This document shows positions 47,650 through 58,405 of a stretch of 64,000 nt of DNA, piece by piece. The translations under genes and the position numbers were made by a program. The stretch is from assembly GCA_963710605.1 (NCBI GenBank), contig CAVQBA010000006.1, forward strand, positions 608,001-672,000, in the 5' to 3' direction. A model generated the notes under the pieces. It had not been told where the DNA came from. It searched no databases and was given only the letters and a program-made list of their open reading frames with translations. Within the stretch, counting starts at the first letter, position 1; each line of letters opens with the position of its first letter. Origin of the DNA: an uncultured cyanobacterium (GTDB taxonomy: Bacteria; Cyanobacteriota; Cyanobacteriia; Cyanobacteriales; Cyanobacteriaceae).

Positions 47650-48753
47650 TTAGGCTTGAGGTGCGACGAAGTTTTCCGAGCCTTCAATAACTTTAGCCTT
47701 AATTATTTTATCCTCAGCACTTAATTTTTCCAAGACATCAGCACCTTCGGTAACATAACCAAAAATAGCAAACCTACCATCCATTAAGTTATAACCAGGG
47801 GGAGTTACCTCAGTATCAAACTTAAAGAAGAAAAATTGAGACGAACCACCGTTAGGATTTGAGCTAGGACGAGCTAAAGCTACCGCACCATAGGCATTAA
47901 AAGGTAACACAGGTTGTGCTAAATACATTCCCACATCTTCTGTGGTAAAACCATAAATAGGTTCTGTTTCTCCTTCTACCAAAATTTCTAAAGGAATTGC
48001 TCTATATTCATTGGTTTTTGGATCAATAAATCCTTGTGCTTCTCCTTCTGGGTCACCTGTTTGAATTACATAAAAGTCTTCTGCACGACTAAACGGTAAA
48101 CCATCATAAAATTTACGCTCTACTAAATCAACAAAATTACCTCCTGTGATAGGAGCGCTATAACCATCAACAACAATAACTAAATTACCTTGTGTTGTTT
48201 CTACTTCTACTTTTGCTCTTCCTAACAATTGAGGCAAATTACTATATTCAATTGGCACTTCGTAAGGAAAACCAGTTACCATCGATTCTTCTAATTCAGT
48301 GATATAACCAAGTATTTTTTGGCGAGTAAGATAAACTTGCTCTTTTTTTTGGTTAGCTACGTATTCTTCTAACTCAGCGATATCATTTCTCATCGCTGTA
48401 ACTAATTCAGTCGCTCTTGGTTGTAATTCTTCAGGTACACTACTAACAATATCGCTTTCATGTAGTTTGAGTACAAATGCCGCATTACGAACTTCTTTTT
48501 CTACTGGCTTCCATCTTTTAGAGCGTAAATTACGGGCGATTTTTTCAATATCTGTTTGAATAGTTCTAATATCTTTATTTTCGATCGGTAAAGCATAACG
48601 TAAAATTGCTTTAGGATCTGTGATTGCATCACCTTGAGCTAATATCGCCTCGGCTGAGGGAATTCCTAAAGGATTAAGTGCGATCGCAGTAGTTATCACT
48701 AAGACAGTAGTTATAGTTAGACTGACAAAACGTTGCCACCAATTTAACTTCAT
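47650..48753 (-). CDS. Thylakoid lumen cyclophilin-type PPIase (TLP40/CYP38-like)
   Basis: Signal peptide, AILRYALP, DGYSAPITGGNFVDLV and GSSQFFFF motifs. Confidence 0.9.
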   Translation of the reverse strand: MKLNWWQRFVSLTITTVLVITTAIALNPLGIPSAEAILAQGDAITDPKAILRYALPIENKDIRTIQTDIEKIARNLRSKRWKPVEKEVRNAAFVLKLHESDIVSSVPEELQPRATELVTAMRNDIAELEEYVANQKKEQVYLTRQKILGYITELEESMVTGFPYEVPIEYSNLPQLLGRAKVEVETTQGNLVIVVDGYSAPITGGNFVDLVERKFYDGLPFSRAEDFYVIQTGDPEGEAQGFIDPKTNEYRAIPLEILVEGETEPIYGFTTEDVGMYLAQPVLPFNAYGAVALARPSSNPNGGSSQFFFFKFDTEVTPPGYNLMDGRFAIFGYVTEGADVLEKLSAEDKIIKAKVIEGSENFVAPQA

Positions 48754-49065
48754 AGTTTTGTATTTTTATTGACTTTTTTTTCTTCAATGTTATCCATCAT
48801 TAATTATTTCACAAAAAAGTCAGTTACCTACCTTAGGTCGTCCATAACTTGAATCTAGATTACTTTTAAATAGAATTAACGATCGATTACGAGAATTGAT
48901 GATTAATGATTAACAAAAATACAATGTTCGCCTGTTGACTATTATTCGTAGTAATCTTTTAGGTAAGGTAAAAGGCTTTAATTACCTGTTGACTCTTCCT
49001 TTACCAAAGATTTTCGCGCTTAAGTAATAAGTAATAAATAATGAGTTAAAACCTAAATTTGTGAT

Positions 49066-49141
49066 AAAGCCTCGCCTTTGAAGGCGAAAAGAAACACTCA
49101 CATATTTTCGGATTTTGAATCCTCTTCTATAAAGGTAGAGG
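49066..49141 (+). mobile_element. Possible IS200/IS605-end remnant (two degenerate subterminal hairpins, no ORF)
   Basis: AAAGCCTCGCCTTTGAAGGCGA and GAATCCTCTTCTATAAAGGTAGAGG resemble IS605 end palindromes. Confidence 0.35.
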
Positions 49142-49418
49142 TATTACTAATTACTCGTAAATCCTTTCTCTATATTGTTTCGCAATATTTTTGAAGACTG
49201 AAGTATTTTTTTTTGATGTTAAACAAAACAAACGTTCACTCCCAGATTAATCATTTTTATTTTCGGTAGTTATGAATGATGAGGTTGTACCGTAGATAAA
49301 AATCGATCGTTATTTTTTCAATAAACATAAACTTTTGTTGCGATTTATAAATAATCATGTTATATTTAAGTTAGTTGTTTGACACAACTGCATTTATAGT
49401 ATCTAAAAAAAAATCATC

Positions 49419-49562
49419 ATGGAAAACAAAACAGAAAAATTAGGTTTCACTAAAACCGCAGAAAACTGGAATGGTCGTTTAGCGATGTTAGGATTTGTAA
49501 TTGGCGTTGCAACTGAGTTCCTCACAGGACAAGGTATCTTATCTCAAATCGGTTTAATGTAA
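49419..49562 (+). CDS. hliC: High-light-inducible protein (HliC/ScpB-like), 47 aa, absent from the ORF track
   Basis: MENKTEKLGFTKTAENWNGRLAMLGFVIGVATEFLTGQGILSQIGLM; ExxNGRxAM chlorophyll-binding motif. Confidence 0.9.
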   Translation: MENKTEKLGFTKTAENWNGRLAMLGFVIGVATEFLTGQGILSQIGLM

Positions 49563-49745
49563 TAAATTGAGTATCTACGTTTTAATTGAAAAGATAACTT
49601 CAGGTTTGGGTTATTAAAAATGTGAGCTCAATCATTAAATCGAAGAAACAAAATTGATAATTATTAATTTTCATTCTTCAAACCATAATTCACGCTGATA
49701 ATTCAAGCCTGAGGTTATCTAAATCAATTATACTAACATTCTATT

Positions 49746-49777
49746 TAAGAAGGGGCAATTTGCCCCTTACTTTTTTG
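49746..49777 (+). terminator. Intrinsic terminator downstream of hli
   Basis: AAGGGGCAA-T-TTGCCCCTT followed by ACTTTTTTG. Confidence 0.7.
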
Positions 49778-49970
49778 TCTGTATTTATAGCAATTGATAG
49801 TTAATAATTAAATATACTGACTAATAGTTAGCTGTTGTAGTGCCTAATTTTTGACTATTAACTATTTATTTAATGTTGTAGCGGTTATTATCTTATTGAT
49901 CACCACAAATTTTTTTGATAACCAGAAGCTTTAAACTAAATGATTATTACTTAAATAAATTTTTTCGATC

Positions 49971-51140
49971 GTGATGATGTTAATTTTAGTTAGTTTGTCT
50001 TTAATAATTTGGCTTTATTTGATCGCAGGTAGAGGTGGTTTTTGGCTGAGTAATCAGTTTTTAGATACACAAGTCTCTCCATTAGTCAATCATAGTTTAA
50101 AAGTGACGGCAATTATACCTGCTAGAAATGAAGAGGAAAATATTTCAATTTGTTTAAATTCCTTACTTCAACAAGATTATCAAGGTGAATTCAAGATTGT
50201 TTTAATCGACGATCGTAGTGATGATAAAACTAAAGAAATTGCTCAACAAATAAAAGAAGAAAACGAAGCACGATCGCAACTAACAATTATTGATGGTCAA
50301 CCTTTAGCTAATGAATGGAGTGGTAAACTCTGGGCAATGAATCAAGGAATAGAATGGGCGATCGCAAATTTAGAAACTGATTATTTTTTATTAACTGATG
50401 CCGATATAAATCATAGTGCTGACAATTTGTCTTCATTAATAGCTAAAGCCGAACAAGAACAATTAGATTTAGTTTCTCTGATGGTTAAATTAAATTGTCA
50501 AAGTTTCTGGGAAAAGTTGCTAATTCCCGCTTTTATTTTCTTCTTCCAAAAATTATATCCTTTCAGTTTGGTCAATAAACCCCACAGAAAAATAGCAGCC
50601 GCCGCAGGAGGTTGTATTTTAATTCATTCAAAAGCTTTAGCAAGAATCGGTGGTATCGAATCACTTAAAACAGCTTTGATTGACGATTGTACTTTAGCAG
50701 ATTTAGTCAAAAAAAGTCTCCCTAACGATCGTGGTATTTGGTTAGGTTTAACGAATACGACTAAAAGTTTAAGAATGTATCATGATTTAACTCCGATTTG
50801 GGATCTGGTAGCACGTACCGCTTTTACTCAACTCAATTATTCTAACTTGCTACTTGTGGGTACTGTTATCGGGATGTTTATTACTTATTTGGTTTCACCT
50901 TTAGGGTTAATTTTCGGTTTGGTTACGGGGCATTATTTAATCGCTTTATTGGCTTTAATTACATTGGCTTTAATTAGTTTGAGCTATTATCCTACCGTCA
51001 AATTTTATCAGTTACCTTTATGGTATAGTTTTTTGCTCCCTGCGATCGCTTTGATGTATAGCTTGATGACGATCGATTCGGCACTGCGATATTGGCAAGG
51101 AAAAGGCGGTCAATGGAAAGGAAGAGTATATAATAATTGA
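49971..51140 (+). CDS. hpnB: GT2 glycosyltransferase, hopanoid-associated HpnB-like
   Basis: IIPARNE, DDRSDD, WSGKLWA, LTDAD, AAAGGC, IDDC and GGQWKGR motifs. Confidence 0.8.
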   Translation: MMMLILVSLSLIIWLYLIAGRGGFWLSNQFLDTQVSPLVNHSLKVTAIIPARNEEENISICLNSLLQQDYQGEFKIVLIDDRSDDKTKEIAQQIKEENEARSQLTIIDGQPLANEWSGKLWAMNQGIEWAIANLETDYFLLTDADINHSADNLSSLIAKAEQEQLDLVSLMVKLNCQSFWEKLLIPAFIFFFQKLYPFSLVNKPHRKIAAAAGGCILIHSKALARIGGIESLKTALIDDCTLADLVKKSLPNDRGIWLGLTNTTKSLRMYHDLTPIWDLVARTAFTQLNYSNLLLVGTVIGMFITYLVSPLGLIFGLVTGHYLIALLALITLALISLSYYPTVKFYQLPLWYSFLLPAIALMYSLMTIDSALRYWQGKGGQWKGRVYNN

Positions 51141-51514
51141 GAATTGTTCAGTGCGAGAATAAACCCAACAGTTAAAAAAAATAAAAAGTTAATCATCGGT
51201 TACTATTAAATCGTGAATGAATGGGATTCGATAATAAATTCATACCTACAGACTAATACATGGAATAAGCATTATTATTACGATCGTCTTATACCAGTTC
51301 AAATAAAATTTGCAACAGTTTATCTAAACAAGTCCTAGAAAAATAAAAGCGAAGCATCTATACTTCCTCCCCCTTTCAAAGGGGGATAGAGGGGGATAAG
51401 GATTTAGGGGGCTTGCTTAATCTGCTTATTTTGTTCGTAATAATTTATCGACAAACTATTTTCTCGAACAAAACAGTAAATTTTGTATAATCAAGAGGAT
51501 AAGGAGTTTTTTAT

Positions 51515-52138
51515 ATGAATATCGAGTTATGGCTGATTAATCCCAATCGTGAAATGTGTGCAGAATTTAGACGAAGTTTCTCAGCTTTACCCTATCATCA
51601 AGTCATTCAATCTAAATTTGAAAAATTAGAACCACATGATTGTTTTGTAACTGCGGGTAATTCTTTCGGAATTATGAATGCAGGAATAGATGCGGCGGTT
51701 GTTGCATTTCATGGCAAAGAATTAATGAATAGAATTCAACATAGAATTATTACAGAATATTTAGGCGAACAACCTGTCGGTACTTGTTTTATTGAATCGA
51801 CTAATAATCCTCAATATCCTTTTGTTGCTCACTCTCCTACTATGCGTGTTCCTTGTGGTATCGATCGAACAGATAAAGTTTATAATGCTACGTGGGCGGC
51901 TTTAACTGCAATTCACCGTCATAATAACTCAGCCAACCAGAAAAGAAAAATCAAAACAGTGGTATTTCCTGCAATGGGTGCAGGATATGGTGGAGTGCCT
52001 TATGCTGAAGTTGCCAGACAGATGGCTGTTGCTTACAAACATTATTTACATCCTCCAGATAAACTCGATTGGGATGTGGTTGTCGCTAAGAATAAAACTA
52101 TTATGTACAACGATCAAAATAAAAAAATTGTTAGGTAA
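51515..52138 (+). CDS. Macrodomain (ADP-ribose binding/hydrolase) protein
   Basis: TAGNSFGIMNAGIDAA, HSPTMRVP and FPAMGAGYG motifs; AAGGAG SD and TATAAT upstream. Confidence 0.88.
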   Translation: MNIELWLINPNREMCAEFRRSFSALPYHQVIQSKFEKLEPHDCFVTAGNSFGIMNAGIDAAVVAFHGKELMNRIQHRIITEYLGEQPVGTCFIESTNNPQYPFVAHSPTMRVPCGIDRTDKVYNATWAALTAIHRHNNSANQKRKIKTVVFPAMGAGYGGVPYAEVARQMAVAYKHYLHPPDKLDWDVVVAKNKTIMYNDQNKKIVR

Positions 52139-52200
52139 GTTATTTGATACTATAGGTTCCAGAGCATCATTAACATATTCAGTGCGATTACGTTATGAAG

Positions 52201-52268
52201 GTTGGGTTACTTTTCAAATGTATTCTTCTTTTCAAATCATTCAAGGCTAACTCAGCTTACAACCCAAC
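52201..52268 (-). ncRNA. Possible degenerate second copy of the 68-nt structured element
   Basis: GTTGGGTT...AACCCAAC closing stem with the same 68-nt span as 52950-53017 and an internal hairpin at the equivalent position. Confidence 0.3.
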
Positions 52269-52349
52269 ATCGTATTACTTTAAGGGTGAGTTTAGCTACA
52301 GCCTAATAATCGTGCGTAGATTAATTCAATTATATTTTTTCCATAAATT

Positions 52350-52890
52350 ATTCTTGAATATCCTCTGGTAAAGGCATATCACCGTTGATTCAATATATTT
52401 TAATAATTTTTGTTTAGTTTTAATTGTTTTAGATCTAATGGTTTGCCCGTAAATTAACCCCCGCAATTAGATGTACCAATTGCATCCCATAGTAATCGCT
52501 GGAGTTAAAGGAGAATTTGTCATTAAAGCTGATGCGTTTTCCTGCATTTAGTTGTATGTAATCCAAAATCATTATCATCTGTAAGAGGAATATATTTTTT
52601 TTGGTTGTAGTCATTAATTTAATATATGACTTAGTCAATCGTTGGGACATAATTTGCTGATAATTATTTCAGATATCGTTAATGCGTTACGAATATTTTT
52701 TTTGGCAGAAAAATATTCAAGATTTACTTTTAATCCTCGGAAAGATGTCTTTAAAAGCATCTTCAATGCAAGATTTGATAATTCATTTTTTAAGTGTTTT
52801 CAATAGTTTGTAACAATCTTTGGAACTTCTATAATTTTATTTGAAATATCAAACGTATTTTTTTTATTTATATGAACCTATCATTCTAAA
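52350..52890 (-). pseudogene. Heavily decayed DUF3800-like gene
   Basis: Fragments across frames: MIGS/INKKNTFDISNKIIEV, SFRGLKV, NYQQIMSQRL and NSSDYYGMQLVHLIAGV (compare the DUF3800 C-terminal S..xQLADLxxG motif); many stops and frameshifts. Confidence 0.45.
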
Positions 52891-52949
52891 AAGTTTTATC
52901 GTAATCCACATATGAATCACCGCCAACCGACAATAAAATATGAAAGAAA

Positions 52950-53017
52950 GTTGGGTAGTCTTTCCCACTGAAATAATAGGGGACACAGATTCGATACAGA
53001 ATCACGCGACACCCAAC
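52950..53017 (-). ncRNA. Candidate structured RNA (multi-stem junction) upstream of the DUF3800-like pseudogene
   Basis: Closing stem GTTGGGT-GTC/GAC-T-ACCCAAC, GATTC/GAATC hairpin and TCCC/GGGA stem; GC-rich relative to its flanks. Confidence 0.5.
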
Positions 53018-53240
53018 AAGTTGAAAAAGAATAAGGACGTTAATCTGTATGGGTTACGTCCCTTATGTGTGAATGAATTGATTGAAGTTGCGATTTTGAA
53101 AAATGACCTCGGTTTTCCTCAAAATCCTTGTTTTTAGCTGAACTTTATTAATACAATGTTTTAACCAACTCGATTGTTGCTATATGTAAAGTATTTTTAT
53201 TAGATTTAAGTCTCTAGATCAATTTAAAATACATGAATTT

Positions 53241-53294
53241 CAGTTTAATTTATTAAACGGTATTTATGAGCCTTGTCAATTCATTGCAAGGCGG
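53241..53294 (+). repeat. Two-hairpin REP-like element, copy 3
   Basis: GTTTAATTTATTAAAC, 10-nt spacer, AGCCTTGTCAATTCATTGCAAGGCGG. Confidence 0.65.
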
Positions 53295-53377
53295 TTTTAT
53301 GTTCTTCTTTTTACTATTATTTATACTTTCTCAAACTTAATTTAAACAACTATATAAGCGACAATATCCACAACAAA

Positions 53378-53418
53378 CAAAAAACCCCTAACCGACAATA
53401 GTTAATCGATTAGGAGTT
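53378..53418 (-). terminator. Intrinsic terminator of the ribosomal protein operon
   Basis: Minus strand CTCCTAATCGA-loop-TCGGTTAGGGG-TTTTTTG just after rpmE. Confidence 0.75.
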
Positions 53419-53444
53419 ATGTAGAAAAAAGCAAAATTTTAAAT

Positions 53445-53711
53445 TTACTCTTGCTCTTGTTGCTCTGATTCGTTTGCTTCTTCTTCGGTTTTCTTTTTGC
53501 CACCGCTAAGCATTCCGTACTTACGTAAGAAACGATCGACTCTTCCTTCACTATCAATAATCTTTTGAGTACCAGTGTAAAAAGGATGATTACCAGACCA
53601 TACCTCTACATTGATTTCAGGTTGAGTAGAACCAACACGCATAACTTCTTCGCCGTTACAAATTACTTTGGCATCAGGGTACCATTCTGGATGAATTTCT
53701 TTCTTAGGCAT
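53445..53711 (-). CDS. rpmE: 50S ribosomal protein L31
   Basis: MPKKEIHPEWY, SGNHPFYTG and GRVDRF motifs. Confidence 0.97.
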   Translation of the reverse strand: MPKKEIHPEWYPDAKVICNGEEVMRVGSTQPEINVEVWSGNHPFYTGTQKIIDSEGRVDRFLRKYGMLSGGKKKTEEEANESEQQEQE

Positions 53712-53761
53712 CTAAATTTCTCCGCAAAATGTGAATATAAACTATAAAAATGAAAAATAAA

Positions 53762-54160
53762 TTAACGTTTAGAGAACTGAGGTGCTTTACGAGCCTTACG
53801 TAAACCGTATTTTTTACGCTCTTTAGCACGGGGGTCTCTTGTTAAATAACCTTCTGCTTTTAAAGGTTGACGATTTTCAGGATCTAACTCACATAAAGCT
53901 CTAGCTACTCCTAATTTAATCGCATCAGATTGACCAGTCAAACCACCACCATGAGCTCTAACAATAATGTTATACTCACTCTCTAAACCTAATGTTTCTA
54001 AAGGTGATTTGAGAGCTTGAATATAACTGTCAATTTTTTGAAAATAATCAACACCTGGTTTTTGGTTAACCGTAATTTCTCCACTACCTGGTACAAGACG
54101 AACTCTAGCCACTGAAGACTTACGACGACCTGTACCCATATAAACTACTTGATCTGCCAT
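53762..54160 (-). CDS. rpsI: 30S ribosomal protein S9
   Basis: [17 protein letters not shown] and [10 protein letters not shown] motifs. Confidence 0.98.
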   Translation of the reverse strand: MADQVVYMGTGRRKSSVARVRLVPGSGEITVNQKPGVDYFQKIDSYIQALKSPLETLGLESEYNIIVRAHGGGLTGQSDAIKLGVARALCELDPENRQPLKAEGYLTRDPRAKERKKYGLRKARKAPQFSKR

Positions 54161-54615
54161 TATTTATTTCCTCCTGGAATAGTAACAATATTTAAAACTT
54201 CTGGTTTTTGGGCTTCATGAGGATGATTAGCACCTGTATAAACTTTCAAATTAGTGAATAGATTTCTACCTAAAGTATTTTTAGGTAACATACCTTTAAC
54301 TGCTTTTTCGATAATTCTTTCAGGAATTCGGTTTTGTAAAGTAGCAAAAGTTTCTTCTTTCATACCACCAGGACGACCAGAATGACGGCGATATAGTTTT
54401 TGCTCGCTTTTTTTACCTGTAACTACTACTTTTTCAGCATTAATAACGATAACGTAATCTCCTGTTTCTAAGTGAGGAGTATAAGTTGGCTTATTTTTTC
54501 CTCTCAAAATATTGGCAATTTGGGTAGCTAAACGTCCTAAGCGTTGATCTTCAGCATCAACTACATACCACTTTCTTTCGATACTATCTAATGTAGGAAC
54601 TAGTGTTTTATTCAT
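54160..54615 (-). CDS. rplM: 50S ribosomal protein L13
   Basis: WYVVDA, LGRLA and AVKGMLPK motifs. Confidence 0.98.
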   Translation of the reverse strand: MNKTLVPTLDSIERKWYVVDAEDQRLGRLATQIANILRGKNKPTYTPHLETGDYVIVINAEKVVVTGKKSEQKLYRRHSGRPGGMKEETFATLQNRIPERIIEKAVKGMLPKNTLGRNLFTNLKVYTGANHPHEAQKPEVLNIVTIPGGNK

Positions 54616-54632
54616 TTTTGTAATGATAATTT

Positions 54633-55454
54633 TTAATTAAAAGTAAAAATAGGTTGGGAATTTAACCAAGCTGATTCGGGAATGGGAAATTCTGGATAAC
54701 CTACTCTTAACAAACACAAACCTTTGGCGGGGGCAGAGTATTTAACTAAGTCTCGACGACGATCGCTCCAAATTTGACGAAATTCGCTGACCGATTTTTT
54801 TCCTGCACCCACTTCTACTAACATTCCTACTAATAACCTCACCATACCGTACAAAAAACCACTAGCTTGTATTTCAATATTAAGTATCTCGTGATACCGA
54901 GTACAACTAACTAATTGCATCTCTAAAAATGAGTGAGAACGAGAAGAACCAGTTCGTCTAAAGGCACTAAAGTCGTGTACTCCTAATAATGAATCCAAGG
55001 CTTCTTGAATCAACGATCGATCTAAAGGCTTATAATAATAATGCCAAGTAAAAGGCTGTAAAAATAGATTGGGCTGATTGCCCGTATATATTGTATAACG
55101 ATAACGTCTCCACAAAGCTCCAAAACAAGCGTGCCAATCGTCCCCTACTTGAGCTGAAGCTCGAATCAAAACGTCATCTGCTAAATGAGCGTTAATAACT
55201 TTAGCCCAATGGGTGGGGGGAATGGGTGAGTTTACATCAAAATGAGCTACTTGAGCCGCTCCATGTACTCCACTATCTGTTCTTCCTGCTCCGTGAATAA
55301 CAATCTTTTTGTTAACGATTTGGTAAATAGCATCTTCAATTTCTCCTTGAACACTCCGTTGGGCGGGCTGTCTTTGCCAACCACAAAAGTTAGCTCCAAA
55401 ATATTGAATAACGATGACAATTCTAGTAGTTGTTAAAGAAGTATTATTCATCAA
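54633..55454 (-). CDS. truA: tRNA pseudouridine(38-40) synthase
   Basis: [15 protein letters not shown] and FLYGMVR motifs; position within the operon. Confidence 0.96.
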   Translation of the reverse strand: MMNNTSLTTTRIVIVIQYFGANFCGWQRQPAQRSVQGEIEDAIYQIVNKKIVIHGAGRTDSGVHGAAQVAHFDVNSPIPPTHWAKVINAHLADDVLIRASAQVGDDWHACFGALWRRYRYTIYTGNQPNLFLQPFTWHYYYKPLDRSLIQEALDSLLGVHDFSAFRRTGSSRSHSFLEMQLVSCTRYHEILNIEIQASGFLYGMVRLLVGMLVEVGAGKKSVSEFRQIWSDRRRDLVKYSAPAKGLCLLRVGYPEFPIPESAWLNSQPIFTFN

Positions 55455-55476
55455 GGGAGACGAAACTCAGTACTAA

Positions 55477-55827
55477 TTAAATTAATTGAATAATTGCCAT
55501 TGGGGCATTATCACCACGACGACTTTTTGTCCGTAATAAACGGGTATAGCCGCCATTACGAGTCGCATAACGTTCTTTGGCTTTAGCAAAAGTATCATTA
55601 ACTAAGTCTTTGTCATAGACATAAGCTAATGCTTTTCTTCTGGCACTAACAGAACCATCTTTAGCTAAAGTGATAATTTTATCGGCTGTCGTACGAACAG
55701 CTCTTGCTCTTGCTTTGGTGGTGACAATTTCACCTTCTCTTAGTAATTGGGTTGTTAAAGCTCTTAAAAGGGCTTTACGTTGGTCTGCTGGTAAACCCAA
55801 CCGAGCTACTTTACAACGATGTCGCAT
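55477..55827 (-). CDS. rplQ: 50S ribosomal protein L17
   Basis: MRHR start, RNGGYTR and RRGDNAPMA motifs. Confidence 0.98.
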   Translation of the reverse strand: MRHRCKVARLGLPADQRKALLRALTTQLLREGEIVTTKARARAVRTTADKIITLAKDGSVSARRKALAYVYDKDLVNDTFAKAKERYATRNGGYTRLLRTKSRRGDNAPMAIIQLI

Positions 55828-56021
55828 CAATTTCCTCCTTGGTAAACGTATGTTATCGATGAAAAAATGTAATCATAATGAAGTCGTAATGTTTAAATTT
55901 ACAACTTCTTCTTACTAATATAAAATTATCTCTTTAATAGACACCATAAATTTCACGACACAAAGACGTGAAGAATAGCTAAATAATTATCGAGATAAAA
56001 ACTACTTAAATATAAATAAAT

Positions 56022-57017
56022 CTAAGGAGTTGAAACTGCTTCAGTACTTTGAATTAAATCCCCTGATGGAGGATCTTTCATCTTTCCTTCCCCTAAAGTA
56101 ATTCCTAAACGTTCTTTTAAAGCTTCGATTACTTCCTCTGCTGATTTTTGTCCGAAGTTTTTAATTTCTAACAAATCATCTTGAGAGTATTCTAGTAAGT
56201 CAGCAACAGTATTAATTTGGGCTCTTTTGAGGCAGTTATAAGCACGAACAGACAGGTTTAGTTCTTCGATCGGAATTTGGCTTGCTGGATCTTCTGGTTC
56301 TTCTTGCTCTTCTGGTTGACCTGTAATCGTTGTCGCATCCGTTAACGGAGAATACAGTTCTACCAATATTTCTGAGGCTGAAGACAGAGCTTCCTCTGGT
56401 TTGATACTACCATTAGTCCAGATATCCAAAATTAAGCGATCGGCATCTGCCGCATCACCTTCATAACTGATTTCTTCCACTGTGAAATTTACTTTTGATA
56501 CAGGCATAAATACCGAATCAATTTGCAAAAAGTCAAGAGAACTATTTTCATCTTTACCTTTTTTCACAGCTCGATAGCCTTTTCCTTTCTCTACCCTAAA
56601 TTCCATCTCTAATTTTGCCCCTTTACTTAGGGTACAAATATACTGGCTAGGTTCGACTACTTCTATTTCCGAAGGAAGATCAAATTGTGCGGCGGTTACA
56701 CTCACAGGACCTGTTGCTACTAAACGACCGATTTGCGGTGTCGGGCTGTAGCTTTTAAACACAACTCCTTTCATATTGAGCATAATTTCCAACACATCTT
56801 CTCTGACCCCTTCGACAACAGCAAATTCGTGGTTGACACCAGAAATTCTGACGGCAGTTACGGCGGCACCTTCTAAGTTAGATAAAAGAACTCTTCGCAA
56901 GGAATTACCCATCGTTATACCTTGTCCTCTTTCTAGAGGTTCAAGGACAAACTTACCATATTGACCTTGGTTTTTTTGAGTCTTATTTACTAAGCAGTCT
57001 ATTTTAAACACAGGCAC
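56022..57017 (-). CDS. rpoA: RNA polymerase alpha subunit (probable GTG start at 57017)
   Basis: EPLERGQG..GNSLRRVLLS, LSVRAYNCLKRA and NFGQKS motifs. Confidence 0.97.
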   Translation of the reverse strand: MPVFKIDCLVNKTQKNQGQYGKFVLEPLERGQGITMGNSLRRVLLSNLEGAAVTAVRISGVNHEFAVVEGVREDVLEIMLNMKGVVFKSYSPTPQIGRLVATGPVSVTAAQFDLPSEIEVVEPSQYICTLSKGAKLEMEFRVEKGKGYRAVKKGKDENSSLDFLQIDSVFMPVSKVNFTVEEISYEGDAADADRLILDIWTNGSIKPEEALSSASEILVELYSPLTDATTITGQPEEQEEPEDPASQIPIEELNLSVRAYNCLKRAQINTVADLLEYSQDDLLEIKNFGQKSAEEVIEALKERLGITLGEGKMKDPPSGDLIQSTEAVSTP

Positions 57018-57158
57018 AGTAGTTATTCTCTTAATTGATCGCTTTCGGGTTTTGGATTTGATACTTTCCAAATAAGTCACTCAATTTTTTAGCAATAGTT
57101 TGCCGACTTAACATCTATATTGAGTTGGTTATTATCGATTAAATATAATAATTATAGT

Positions 57159-57551
57159 TTAGACTCTACGTCTTTTTGGTGGACGACAGCCGTTGTGCGG
57201 AATGGGAGTGATATCACGAATTAAAGTAATCTCTAATCCTGCTCCTTGTAAGGCTCTGATTGCGGTTTCTCTACCTGCACCAGGACCACTTACCATCACT
57301 TCCACTTGTTTCATTCCATTATCCATTGCAGTACGTGCAGCACTATCTGCGGCGGTTTGAGCGGCGAAAGGAGTTCCTTTTTTTGCTCCTTTAAAACCAC
57401 TAGAACCAGCAGTTGCCCACGAAATTACGTTACCTGTAATATCAGTAATCGTCACAATGGTATTATTGAAAGTTGACTTTATATAAGCAACTCCACTAGG
57501 AATGTTTTTTTTCTGTTTTTTGGCTCCTCCCCTTTTTGTTGGTTTTGCCAT
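57159..57551 (-). CDS. rpsK: 30S ribosomal protein S11
   Basis: [16 protein letters not shown] and PIPHNGCRP motifs. Confidence 0.98.
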   Translation of the reverse strand: MAKPTKRGGAKKQKKNIPSGVAYIKSTFNNTIVTITDITGNVISWATAGSSGFKGAKKGTPFAAQTAADSAARTAMDNGMKQVEVMVSGPGAGRETAIRALQGAGLEITLIRDITPIPHNGCRPPKRRRV

Positions 57552-57738
57552 GAGCAATCTACCTCTATTATTTTAGTTTTGTTAATTTTGCGAGCGATAA
57601 TTCCACAATTAATCATTTTGATTGACTAAATAAGTAAAATCATCGTATTTTTTTAAGATGACGACACCGTTGTGTTGACATTATTTGTGGTAGTGATTCA
57701 CAGAAAATTTAGGGTTATTAATTAACTGTTGAATTTAT

Positions 57739-58116
57739 TTATTTCTTAGGAGCTTTTTTCTTACCTGCAATGGTTACTTTACGTCCTCTTCTGGTTCTAC
57801 CATTAGTTTTAGTTCTTTGTCCTCTAACAGGTAATCCCTGACGATGACGACGACCTCTGTAAGTACCAATATCGCCTAGACGCTTGATGTTCATCGCTTC
57901 TAAACGACGTAAATCACCTTCTATTTGATAATTTTCGATTTCGCCTCTAAGTTTAGCTATATCTTCATCACTCAAATCTCTAACACGAGTATCGGGGTTA
58001 ACTCCTGCTTTTTCAATAATTTTTTGTGAAGTATTTAAGCCGATACCATAGAGGTAAGTTAGCCCTATTTCTACTCGTTTATCACGAGGTAAATCAATCC
58101 CGGATATCCTTGCCAT
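57739..58116 (-). CDS. rpsM: 30S ribosomal protein S13
   Basis: [10 protein letters not shown] and [12 protein letters not shown] motifs. Confidence 0.98.
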   Translation of the reverse strand: MARISGIDLPRDKRVEIGLTYLYGIGLNTSQKIIEKAGVNPDTRVRDLSDEDIAKLRGEIENYQIEGDLRRLEAMNIKRLGDIGTYRGRRHRQGLPVRGQRTKTNGRTRRGRKVTIAGKKKAPKK

Positions 58117-58200
58117 TTTTTGTTTCCTTTATAGATCTCGCTTTTTTTTAGATTAGCAAAATTTTTTTCTCATCAGTGCAAACATAATCGACACTGATCT

Positions 58201-58314
58201 TTATCCTTGACGTTGTTTATGTTTCGGGTTGGAGCAGATTACCATTACCCTTCCTCTTCTACGAATGACACGACATTTGTCGCACATTTTTTTGACTGAT
58301 GCTCTTACTTTCAT
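58201..58314 (-). CDS. rpmJ: 50S ribosomal protein L36 (37 aa, absent from the ORF track)
   Basis: [37 protein letters not shown]. Confidence 0.98.
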   Translation of the reverse strand: MKVRASVKKMCDKCRVIRRRGRVMVICSNPKHKQRQG

Positions 58315-58405
58315 AATACTAGTTTGCACTGCAAGCTCTCGATTATAACAATATTTAATACTTATGTCAAACACAAGCATACTGATTTAATCTTTCGAGT
58401 TTGGT

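Noticed and set aside
52201-53017. Hammerhead ribozyme reading of the 68-nt elements
   Set aside because: GAAA is present, but the CUGAnGA core and the required stem arrangement are missing.
52940-53137. 65-aa ORF on the plus strand
   Set aside because: It overlaps the structured element and a REP-like hairpin and has no recognisable motif.
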